A stretch of DNA of 64,000 nucleotides from Hydrolagus affinis (Eukaryota): positions 1 to 64,000 of the forward strand of contig JAAILG010000138.1 in NCBI GenBank assembly GCA_012026655.1. The letters are read 5' to 3'. Position numbers and translations under genes: made by a program. The notes under the pieces are model-generated. The model had not been told where the DNA came from. It did not search any database and was given only the letters and a program-made list of their open reading frames with translations. Below are positions 1-11,310 of this stretch, piece after piece; position 1 is the first letter of the stretch, and every line of letters starts with the position of its first letter.

Positions 1-119
1 TGGCTGCAGTGTGTTGTTGTTAGTCCATTTCTCCCTGATTTTAACCCTCTCCCCCCACACACCTTTTCCACCCTTCCCCCCCTTTCTCCCACCCTTTTCC
101 TCCCTGACTTTACCCCACC

Positions 120-315
120 CCACGACTGTTTGTGTGACACTGCTGTGCGCAATTTGACTGCTGCATTTCGCCCACAAATATACAGTCAGTCTCCTTCCCC
201 TTTCCCCTACCTCGACCCCTCTCCCCCGTTCGAGTCCCGACCTGTGTGTTCAGCACCTAGGGACGTCCTCCCGACATGAAAGGTGCTCTATAAATGTAAT
301 TTGTTGTTGTTGTTG
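120..315 (+). mobile_element. SINE fragment (Deu-like core plus L2-type tail with (TTG)n)
   Basis: Core gactgtttgtgtgacactgctgtgcgcaatttgactgctgcatttcgcccacaaatatacagtca is shared with the other SINE copies; tail gggacgtcctcccgacatgaaaggtgctctataaatgtaatt(tgt)n. Confidence 0.75.
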
Positions 316-3117
316 CATAAACTAATCCGCTTCTACATGTCAAACAATTACAAATTCTTTTGATCTTATGGTTCCTTTTGAGGGATACCATCTTTCCTGA
401 TCTGTGTGCATGCCTCAATCACCAAACTAGTTCTTGTTTTTTGGCCTGCTTTCTCCACTCCATACCATGTTCCATTGTCTGGCTATTTCAGTTTCAGAAC
501 CTGTTTGAACCACATCATGTGAAACGCATCAAGCATCTTCTCTTTTATCTTCCTGACTTACTTTGATCCATATACCAATCATATTACCATCCCACAGTCA
601 TAGCTTCACCGTTTCAAATGCTTTTTTAAAGAAAGAAGAAATTCTCTATTTTGTATTTTAACTATTTAGATCCCAATAAAACATGCAATTCCTCTCTGGA
701 ATTTTGTTAAACATCTTCACACTTTGCTTCCCATGTTGTGTAAATGGTTCAGTCCTGCACTGTGTTTACCCATTAAGTGATGCAGAGATCCATTCACTTT
801 TTTTTAAAAACAAAAATGCAGTATTGATAAAGGTTTGATACACAAGGCTTCATTCTTTCTTTAGCTTTCTTGAACATTGCTGTGTACAGTTCATTTGCTG
901 CAACTGGTTTACTGGTTTACTGTTCCTGATGCATCATACAACAAGTGAAGTGAACAAGTGAAAGATACAATGACAGAACGTTGCACTCCCTCAAATTAAA
1001 GGTTGTTAATTTATCAGGAGCCCTGAAGGGCTGAAGAAAAAGATTACACAAACAATCAGTTCTTGAATTATTAATAATCCACTGAACAACCTGAATTCTC
1101 CTCGGTTGCTGACTGGGGAAAGTCGATATGTATATACGTATAAATCATCAGACACCACGGCAGCCCTTAATAGTTGGTGGTTATTAAAATAAATACTTGC
1201 CAGACAAGCCCAGAAGTCAGTCAAGAGCAATGAGAACCAGGACCTGTTTTCATGAAAGGTTTTTGTAAGTGGGCAGACAACGCGGTGCAAAGTAAAATAC
1301 TGTAAAAGTGGTATGAAAGAAACAACCATTTCACCCAACTGCACAGCATAGTGTTTATTTACCTTGGCTGCAAATCATCTGCTGATTAACAGATCCCAAT
1401 CGTTCTCACTGTGCTGTACATTATATACAGGTCATGGGCATCAGCACACGCAGTGCCATCATCACCATAAAATCAATTTGTTGTTTCGGTGTTGTGTGGA
1501 ATTGATATCCAGCACATCAGTCTAACCCAGTAAGTAATTAGTTCTGAGGCAGTTGTCACGTAGTCTATTGCTCTACATTCCACTTGGGGAAGCAATTTCC
1601 TTGCCAACGGTTTTGACATTAAAGGTACTCCAATTTTCCATTCATCCATGGGCAGACACAAGTCAGGTTTTCTTCTGACATTACAGACAAAGCCTCCGAA
1701 GAGCTCCACTTGAACACTTGGTTGGTAATGTCAATGGTGGGGCTGGGTTTGATCTGTGCCATTCTCAGCTGGAGTAACAGTGGGAGCCGGGAAGTACAAT
1801 TCACGCCATTTGTGGGGTTTGGGTTTGAACTGGGTAAGATCCAGGTGCGATGTATCCCATGGTAAAATAGTCTGGCTCAAACCTGGAAGAAAGGGAGTCA
1901 GAGGGAGTGCTGGAATGATCTTGGGATGAGGGGAAATGGGAGGGATTGTGACTAAGATATTAAAGGGTTGCCAGCATTGAAGGGCACTGCATCTTAAGTC
2001 GGGAGCATTATTTGGCACCTAACCCTACAATAATAATAATAATAATCCTATCATAATAATGATGCCTGATCTGTGAGCAACGATGCTAAACGCTAGCAAT
2101 GGTAGTCTCTTCACCACTAATGTCTCTCACCTCAATCATGGGAATTTCATCAAAGATGTTTAGGAAGACATTTAACACTTTTTCAGCATGCTTACACACT
2201 GTTATTAAAATTAAGCCAACTGTACAGAGAGTGTGAAATTTCCATTACACTTAATTGACAAATGAACAGTACTAACGTATTATTTCAGTCTTCAAATTAG
2301 TCGACAAATTTTCGCTTCCAAAAAAAGTTTCACTTTTTCTTATGATTTCTTGAAATATGTGATCGACAATGTTACAAACTTTGGTGGTACAGTACAGTAT
2401 ATTGTAGAGACAGAATGATAAATTCTGATTCATGTTCGCTATGGCTAGCTGTTGGTATAAATAATAGATCAGGCAGCTAGTCAGTTTGTAGTGAAGCAAA
2501 TCCAATATTTACATTATACAATCCATGCATGGCTCATTCCCTTACTCAGCTGTGGTCAGGCCATTTAGAACCACAAATGAGTTGAACAGTGGTTGATGCA
2601 GTCATCAAAGTCCACTTAAAAACATTGCGTTCAACTTGGATGCATAATCTATACATTGCATCAATTCCCAATGTAAGCAAATCATTAGCAATTTGTTACC
2701 ATTCCAGTTTACAAGGATGTTGTGCAAGAACCTTTTTGTTATATTTGCAAGTCTGGTTATATGCCGTGCTTGGTCTCTCTTGACTTAGTGCATTAGTGTA
2801 TCTCAATCTATAGTGTTTCTCCTCAAGCTGGAGTTGGTTGTTGGGCAAGGCATCTTTCTTGCCACTGGAGAGTCATTCATTCCCAAAATAGGGACAATCT
2901 CAAATCAGGTAATACTGATTTCATGGTTCTTCATTTTGTCAGATATTGAACTGACCTAAAAGTTTTTTTTAAACGTTCATTAAAAAGCTTCCCCTAAATG
3001 GTTTCCAAAAACTGTCACTCGTGAAGGATTCATACAATTGACTGCAGGAAACCATTTCCCCAAAATTGGGATTATTCCATATGACAGGTGTTTAAAGATA
3101 GTTTCCGGTTTTTAAGA

Positions 3118-3428
3118 ATAGTAATAATAATAATAATCCTTGCAGTTGATATAGTGCTTTTCATGTCTTCTAGGCGTCTCAAAGCGCTTCACAGAATATA
3201 CTGTAAAGTGAATTGACTGAATATTTGTGGGCGAAATGCGACAGCCAATTGCCCATAGCAGTGTCCCACAAACAGCTGTGGATTGAAATAAGCAATTTAT
3301 TATGGATTTTTTTAGGGACGGGTTATTATTAGGCATGTGGAGCAAGGTTTCGCCCTGACCTGCTTGGATTCGAAACACATTCTCACACTTGGAAGGCAAG
3401 TGCGCTAATTACTGAGCTACAGGACTCC
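3118..3428 (-). mobile_element. Full-length tRNA-derived SINE (DeuSINE-like, L2-type tail, (ATT)n end)
   Basis: Reverse strand has head GGAGTCCTGTAGCTCAGT (A box) and a TTCGAATCC B box, the conserved core, and tail GTGAAGCGCTTTGAGACG...CTATATCAACTGCAAGGATTATTATT. Confidence 0.9.
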
Positions 3429-4481
3429 ACAAAAGAAGTTTTCTTAATTTGCACCGGTGACAACTGAGGATTGGAAAGGGTTTAAATATATCACAGTTTC
3501 GACCCCATTGTGGGAGTGACTGTGTTTCTAAATTGTCTGCAAAACTTTCAGGTGCCATGTTGACTGTGATTGTTCACTTTTGCCTTCCAAGCTGGTGATC
3601 TGCTGTCATGAATAGGATAGGGCCTGTAACGAGGCACAAATGCAGGATATAAAGGGATCTGTAGTTGTGGCACCTCGCTCAATTTCATTGCTGCTGAATG
3701 GGGAATGAGATCCAGACCTTTAGATTTGAATGTGCTGTGAGAATATGAAGTGTGCCACTTCAAAAGTACTTCAGAGATTTCAGAGAGGAAATGCATTCCA
3801 CACTCACGGTGACGGTCTTGTCAAATGGGAGATTATTTTATAAGGCAGCGGTGCCTGGGTAAAGTTTGTGGTGTTAATCAACACAGGGAACATGTTGTAC
3901 AACACCGCAAACTTGAGTCCGTTCATTTTCAGTGACTGACATCTGATAAAGTACACTGTGGATGTTCTACATCAGGTTACCAAGCTCAGGATCATGCTAG
4001 AATTATTGGCATTAGGTTCTGCTGATACAGCTCAGAGTAGCTCAATTTCTCCTCTAATTTACACTGAGGATTGGCTGAAAATAATAGCTCGTCTAGCATG
4101 ACACACACGGATGGATAGGGTCCCGTAGCTGTAAGAATATTGGGATCAGAATTCTTGAGGGTGAACAGGGAGGTTTACACCATTTCCAGTACATTTCCCT
4201 CTAATGTTTGAAGTTAGATTGCCATAAAACCGGTAAAGCACACTTCGTGAATTTTTAAGATTATTTTTATGTTGGATTGTGCTGTTCTGGAACAAGGTAC
4301 GCTATTGAAATTGCATTTGTTTTTGAAATGATGACATCTGCATATAAGTTGTCATTTTGCTATAAATTAACAGTCGCTAAAGGTGCTGTTTCACATATAG
4401 CTTAGACTTGCATTACTTTGCTGTATCAATGCACAGTACACTGTGCATTTCAACAGTGACAGCTGTGAAATTAGTTTATAA

Positions 4482-4615
4482 TAAAATAATAAATAATCCT
4501 TGCATTCAATATGGAGCTTTTCACATATTTGAGACATCTCAAAGCACTTCACAGAATGTACTGTAAAGTGAACTGACTGTATATTTGTGGGCGAAATGCG
4601 GCAGCCAATCGCAGA
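4482..4615 (-). mobile_element. 5'-truncated copy of the same SINE
   Basis: aataatccttgcattcaatat...ctcaaagcacttcacagaat...gtgggcgaaatgcggcagccaat. Confidence 0.85.
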
Positions 4616-5228
4616 CGCCAGGTAAATTGCACACTGCAGATTGAACTAAAGGGAAAAGGGAAAATGAATGTATTCTAATAATCATTATTTTCTGAATTCC
4701 AAATGACAAAGATTCTGTCAGGGACCATCTCTTCATCCAATAGCTTGGGCATTGTGGATTCCAAAACTATAATTCCATAATTGAAGAGAAAAGCTATTAG
4801 CCATGACCTTCAGAGGAAACCCAAATGAGGAGATTTCTTTCACACAGTTTTAAGATTAATTTAATGAAAGCTTTTCAAATCTTACCTCGGAAACCATAGC
4901 AATACCCGGAGAAGAGGGTCGAGAACACATTGTTTATTTCCTTGATGGAGGAATCACTTGCTCTTGCACCTGAAAGCGACCAGTCTGGTCGCCTAATTTC
5001 TTGCTTTTTCATTTCAATTCAAACACATGAGGCACGACAAAGCCTGATCCTGTTTACTCAAATAAAAATAAGCTATTCATTTTGTTGATTTTTGTGGCAA
5101 TTTTCTGCGTGAAAAAATAAACTGGTGGAAGTCTTTGGCTGGAAAGAACAACAACAAAATTACATTTGTATAGCGCCTTTCACAGCGCCTTGGGACATCC
5201 TCCCGAAGTGAAAGGCACTTTATAAATG

Positions 5229-5494
5229 TAATAATAAGAATCCTTGCATTTGATATAGCGCTTTTCACGTCTTCTAAAAATAACCACAATATTGATCCAG
5301 AAATACACACAATAAACGTAATATTAAATGGTCAGCTTGGTCACAGAATATACTGTAAAGTGAATTGACTGTACATTTGCAGGCAAAACGCGGCAATGTC
5401 CCACAAATAGTTGTGGATTGAAATGACCAATTTTATTATTGGGGTTATTTTTGAGGGATTGTTAACCAATCTAACCACTGAGCTACAGGACTCC
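5229..5494 (-). mobile_element. SINE copy, internally deleted, with a 68-bp foreign segment in its tail
   Basis: Tail 5229-5275, core 5341-5440, head ctaaccactgagctacaggactcc ending at 5494. Confidence 0.85.
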
Positions 5495-5552
5495 ACAATG
5501 TAATTTTGTTGTTGTTATTGTTCACATCGGGAGAGAACGTCCCGAGGAAATA

Positions 5553-5730
5553 CAGGTACCCCGCCCCAACCGCGGTTTTTTCTACCGCTAATTTCACTTA
5601 TCCACGGTTGGCTCGCTGCGACAACCCTTGCTAACCACGGCAATGGTTTTTGCGTATCCACAAGTTTTAACACTAGCATTTAGCGCTAGGACCCAGTTGC
5701 AATGTCGCAATCAACCAGCGACGATGTCAC
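5553..5730. mobile_element. Possible Tc1/mariner (Tigger-like) DNA transposon fragment
   Basis: Begins TA|CAGGTACCCCGCCCCAACCGCGG, resembling a Tigger-type TIR start after a TA dinucleotide; CpG-rich relative to flanks. No second TIR seen. Confidence 0.3.
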
Positions 5731-5981
5731 TTCTCTTTTAGGATTAAGGTAAATAACGTGAATTCATTGTCGCTTCTCCACATTTCCCCCCCCCACCACA
5801 CCGCCCTCTGCATATCACCCACTCCGTGTCACCCACCACACTACTTCTGTTGATTTCTCTCTCTCTCTCTTTCTCTCTGTGTCTGTGTGTAGATCAGTAG
5901 GGTAGAGAGGGTACCCTCTTAATTTGTATATGTTTTTGCATGCGATTATGAAGGAGTCCTGTAGTCCTTATGTGACAGTGT

Positions 5982-6236
5982 GGAGTCCTGTAGCTCAGTG
6001 GTTAGAGCACTCATCTTAAAAGCGTGAGGCCTCTGTTTGAATCCAGGCAAGTCAGAGCGAAACCTTGGGCAAGTTTCCTTACACCACACACCTAATAATC
6101 CTCCAAAAAAAACACAATAGTGAAATTGGTAATTTCATTCCAAGACTGATTGTGGGACGCTGCTGTGTGCAATTAATTGGCTGCCACATTTTGCCCACAA
6201 ATATACAGTCAATTCACTTTACAGTATATTCTGTGA
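5982..6236 (+). mobile_element. SINE copy lacking its 3' tail
   Basis: Head ggagtcctgtagctcagtggttagagc...gtttgaatcc; core runs to cagtatattctgtga, then non-SINE sequence. Confidence 0.88.
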
Positions 6237-6412
6237 TCAAGCTGGCCATTGAATATTATGTTCATTGTATGTATTTCTGGATTAATATTGTGGTTATTTT
6301 TAGACCCACAAATTTGCCACAATATTTACCAAACTGAGCAAAACCTTGCTTTGGTTTACATCAACAAAATGCATGACTTGACTTGACTTTCATGTAGCCC
6401 AATAATTGATTG

Positions 6413-6615
6413 CACATTTCGACCACAAATATACAGTGAATTCACTTTATAGAATATTCTGTGAAGCACTTTGAGACGTCTAGAAGCCATGAAAAGCACT
6501 ATGTATGTAATAATAATAATCCTTGCGTTTGATATAGTGCTTTTCACATCTTCTAGTCATCTCAAAGCACTTCACAGTTTATACTGTATATCTCAAATGC
6601 AGGGATTATTATTAG
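6413..6615. mobile_element. Tail-to-tail pair of SINE 3' fragments
   Basis: + strand tail (tgtgaagcactttgagacgtctagaag...gaaaagcactat) directly followed by a - strand tail (taataatccttgcgtttgatatagtgcttttcac...ctcaaagcacttcacag). Confidence 0.8.
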
Positions 6616-8624
6616 TTTAGAAAAGAATTAGTTATATTAGCCAGCAAGCTTAGTACTGTATTTGTATAAGACAATGTAAAATAGTATTGGCAGTTAGCTT
6701 AATTTAAATGATTTGGTTGAGCTTTGGCAATTTTAACACAAAAAATATTAACATCCTTTAACGACAATTATATTTATAGGGCACCTTTCATGTCGGGAGG
6801 ACACAACATCCTTCTGTGCATGATATGAATTGGCAAACATTCCACTTTTACATCCAATCTAGCTATGATATGCAAATACAAATAACATTGAGCTGTGTTA
6901 TGAAAGGTTTTTTAAAATGCTATATTGGTCCATATCGGTTAAACCTAGAATAACTAAATTCTCCACGGAGGAGTTGCAGGTATAAAATGCCTTTAACTCA
7001 ATCTTAAAATTGATTGTTTTAGATCTGCAAGTTAATTACCAGTCTGCCTGTGTAACAGACACTTCACTTCAAAGGAACGATTTGTGTGACCTGCTTTTTT
7101 GAGATGTTTGGGCATAATAGAGGTTTTATTATTGTAAATAATTTGAAAGTAAATTGATGCATCTTTTAATAATATTGAACAAGAGACAAAATTAAGATAC
7201 AGCAAATAAGAAACACTGTTTGCAAAAGGCCCTACAAATCTTTTCAGGTTGTGTATATTTGTTAAGAGGATGGGTCCCAAGTCTCAGGAATTATAGATAA
7301 TGTGGTATTCTTTCAGGTATTAGCATTGATCTATTTTTCACAATAAAAAATAGAAGCCTCAAAGGTGTGCTGTTCTGACTATACAGGAAGGTTTCATAGT
7401 GCATTCATTATAAGAAATCCATAGAGATGGTTCTATTGTTAACAAACATTAAAAAGCTTATTCTTTGCATTAAGAACAGTTGCTATAGAGCTATGTAGCT
7501 TCTGTGAATGTTCTGAATCTGGTTGACTAGTTTTGCTTTGTGAGCAGAATGTTGATGTAATTTGGTAGAAGTCAGAACCTTTACTCAATTTATTCCAGGA
7601 AGATCTTACTTAAAAAGAGAATTGAATTGTAATATGATCATTGTATCAACAAACAACAATCAACTGCACACAAGTAAATTCATATACAGTACTGTACTTA
7701 CATTTTATGCATTTATTCTTGAGTTAGGCTACTTTTCAGCAGCTGATACGCATATCAAAGTAAATACATATATTTCTTTATTTCCACTATGTCTGTGAAC
7801 TAATGTTTTGTTCAGCAACAGAGATAAGTAAACAACTAGTGTTACTTATCAAAAGGATTATCTTTGATTTTGAGTCATATGTGAGTAATTCTATTCTGTT
7901 CCTCATGACCTAATTGATAAAGCCACTGTGCGGAATTGAACCATACAGATAAGGAGAGTATCTGTTGTGTGCTGATTCCCAAACAGATTGGCATTAGGAG
8001 TGACTTAGTTGAAATGAAATGTGTTCAAAATCACTATCCAATGATTCCTGCCAAAAAGATCACGTGTTTGGACATCAAACGAGGGTGAGATCAGGTTCGG
8101 TTGTGATATCTGTGCCCAGTGTCAAACCTGTTGATATTTACTGTCTAGGGTTACACATGAAAAACGGCCATAATGGTGAGATACTTGAATGTGGCTAGAG
8201 CCATAAATCAGCAGCAGTACTTCAGAAGAGGAGAAAAAATGAAATAATTTAACACACATCACTGATTAGTGTATCTTTTGGTTATTCTTCATCATGATAT
8301 AAGCTAAGTAGGCGGCGAGCATGACATGAGGTTAATACCTATGTCCTTATCTTTAGGGCCTTAGTGTTCAGTGGGTAACTGCATGTGTTGTGTGGTTCTG
8401 AGCCCTATAGAACTTAAACATGGACAATGAGTATCTTCACATTATGTAGCTGTGGAAAAGAAACAAAAAACATTCTTGGTATCACACCTGATTATTGTAC
8501 AGTATATACGATAATCGAAAATATAGGCTGTTGGGTTTATATAGATATCCTTACCATTACAGAGGTCACTATTTGTTTGCTACGAAGAGTTACCCTAAAT
8601 ATGATTTTCAATTATTTCTTCCAG

Positions 8625-8786
8625 TACATTTGATTCCTCTGAACCAACCAAAGGAGGATGGCGTGGTCGTCAAGAATCGGAAGAGAATAATGCTAGACGT
8701 GTACACTGCGCCTCCAATGTTGGACCCAATTTATGAGGCCTACGAATACTGCAACATGCCCAATAAAACTGATCATGGTCTGGAAG
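8625..8786 (+). CDS. PXYLP1: PXYLP1 internal coding exon (first visible; 162 nt, phase 1 to 1)
   Basis: Acceptor atttcttccag| and donor GAAG|gtatga. Translates xHLIPLNQPKEDGVVVKNRKRIMLDVYTAPPMLDPIYEAYEYCNMPNKTDHGLE(G), matching the PXYLP1 stem as I recall it (HLIP...KSRKRIMPD...DPVYEA..YCN.P...EG). Confidence 0.93.
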
Positions 8787-9599
8787 GTATGATATGAAGG
8801 AGAGCTTATCATTTGGTAAAGCTACACTATATGATTCAAATTTTGATCACATCAATGTTACCTGATGTTGCTAATTCAGTGTACATGGTTGCTTAATAGG
8901 GAAACCAGTAGAGAATGCCTAATTGGTATCTAGACTGAAATAGGGGATAAAAAGCTAATAAATGTTCATTTCTAGCCCTTTAAATTCCAAAAATGTAACA
9001 AATAGGATAGTACTGTACTATCTTGCTCATGTGTATACTTCTAGGTAAGGTTGGTGCAGGATTTTCTAGCACTGTATGTGTGCACAGTATTTTACAAAAG
9101 GACTCATTTGAATTGGTTTATCAAATATTAAATCATGAATAAAAAAACAAACTATTTGAATTAAGTTATTGTGTTGGGATACATCTCGGAACAACACTGA
9201 ACAGAATTGGAGGTTTGGTTTAGATTAGTCAGTTAGATTAAATGGTTTGAAACAACAAATATTCCCAGGTACAATGTGAAGAAGTGGTGTGACATTACCT
9301 CTCAAGATGACAATCCAATGTCTGTCATCTTCACTTATTTTCCTTTACATGAAGACTTGAATTATATCATTTATGTTTTGGTGGACTTCATTTTACCAGG
9401 CTACTCTCCTCTTCGCTCCTCCTTATCTCGCCATCCCATTTGAATCGCTTTAATCCCTTCCTCTCGTGACGGTATTAATTTATGGTGTGATGCGGTTCCG
9501 AGGCAAATTTTGGACCCTATTGACTGTACCATTCTTGTCTTCATGATGACAATTTTCTTAATTATTCTCAGTCTTTAACGATCGATTCAGATGAAGAAG

Positions 9600-9745
9600 G
9601 ATTCAGATCCATTTCATCTTATCCTTCCAGAAAACTCACTCTACCGTTTCCCGATCACAGCATTAAACTGCTTCTTTTTTTAAAAAAAAAGTCTATGTGC
9701 TGGCCTCAATCATCGTCTCTGGCAATCTGTTCTGGTAGTTAATCT
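9600..9745 (-). mobile_element. Degraded CR1-like LINE 3' fragment
   Basis: Reverse complement gaacagattgccagagacgatgattgaggccag...aagcagtttaatgctgtgat resembles the copy at 50140-50320. Confidence 0.5.
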
Positions 9746-11164
9746 ATTTCTCATTCATTTACTGGCATGCACAGTATTTTTAAGTGGGTGAAGATTTTTA
9801 AATATAAAGTGCAGAAAGCACAGAGCACTAATCTGTCATCTGAATCATAGATGATGAATGATCTATCTATGTATCCTCTATATTCAGTGCAGTGCTGAAA
9901 AGTAGTTGTATCTTCTTTGCTTTGGGAAAGAACACTAGTTTTATTTTAACTATGTCAACTCCCTTTTCACTGGACTTCCCAATTCTTCCCTCCACAGGCC
10001 ACCGATTATTCAGACCCCTGCATCTTACGCCCTCTCCTGTACCAAGCTTTGTGAGCTGATCACCCCCACCTTCACCGTCCTCCTGATGTCAAAGGCTTTA
10101 TATCAATGCAATTTGTTTTTATTGATTTACAGTCAATGGCTTTGCAAGAAGAAAACCGGAAAAAGTTTCATCAAACAATCTCTTGCAAACCCAATTATCC
10201 TCAAAGAAGGCAATTTTGTGCATGGTCTGTTATATGTAGGAAATTTAAGACAAAAGGAACAGGCTGAAGAGAAAAATGACAACAGTATAACTGATCGTTC
10301 AAAGAAAATGGAAACTGTAGATAACCCAGTGAGAGGGCTACTTTATCTAATTAGAAAGGTAGAACAGGGCTCTGTGCAGAAATATGTAATACGTAACTAA
10401 CAGCAACACAAATCCGTGTGTGCTTCTTGGATTTTATGACTCCCAGGCTGGCAGGCAAGCATTTCAAATGCTACTGTAATCAATCACCCTGCCAGGATAA
10501 CTCTATTTAAACCAAAGGCTTAAATTCTGTTTTATTTATTTCACCTCCCCAACAATGAAAGCTATTGAATATATTTACGCAAACATCATTGCAGAAAATG
10601 AGCTGCCATCTTTTTCTGACTCCACAATAAATTATTATTTGTGGAGACTATTTGAAGCTTTTTTGTACTTGCTGAGTTATGTTTAGACATTCAGCATGTT
10701 TTAGATTTGAAAATGTTTTTGCAGACTATTTACAATAGTGCAATACCTTATACTGTACCTACCACTATACAGATTGTTTAAGAAATGCGAAAGGCTGGGT
10801 ACACCTAAATGAAGGACATTATCAATGTTCTCATCTTCAGTCTATACACTTCATTGACAACAGTTAACATGTGGGCCAATTTTGGTTTGCAGAGAATAGT
10901 AAATGGTTCACTAAGCGTATCTATATGTAAGTTTCACTCCTCTCATGGAATAAATCGACACCTTAAAAGCAACAGATCTACAGAACATGACTTTTATTAA
11001 TAAAAATGTACTTTGAAATGTCTCTCAGTTCATAGAAAAACTCAAAAGATTCTACAAGAAGCAAAGCAGTAAGAAAAGAAACAGGTCATACATTAATGGA
11101 TGCTAATTTTAATGAATACTTTGCTTTGTCTTATTTTTCATCATTTAGCCTATTTGGAAAACCT

Positions 11165-11310
11165 TTAGAAATATAGAAACAGGCCATTCAGCCCCTCGAG
11201 CCTGTTACTGCATTCTATAAGTTCATGATTGATCTGCACCTAAAGCCCAATTACCTGCCCTTGTTCTGTATCCCTTGATAATACACTGACCTAACAAATA
11301 TCTATTTGCC
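11165..11310 (-). mobile_element. CR1 LINE 3' end
   Basis: tagaaacaggccattcagcccctcgagcctgtt...catgattgatctg...tatcccttgat is a typical chondrichthyan CR1 3' UTR in antisense orientation. Confidence 0.7.

Noticed and set aside
1-8624. First coding exon of PXYLP1 (signal anchor)
   Set aside because: No segment encoding the expected hydrophobic N-terminal anchor with a phase-1 donor was found by eye; it is probably upstream of the window.
9975-10120. Strong-looking acceptor (cttccctccacag|) as an alternative PXYLP1 exon
   Set aside because: No matching donor found, and it lies in pyrimidine-rich sequence ending in a degraded retroelement tail.
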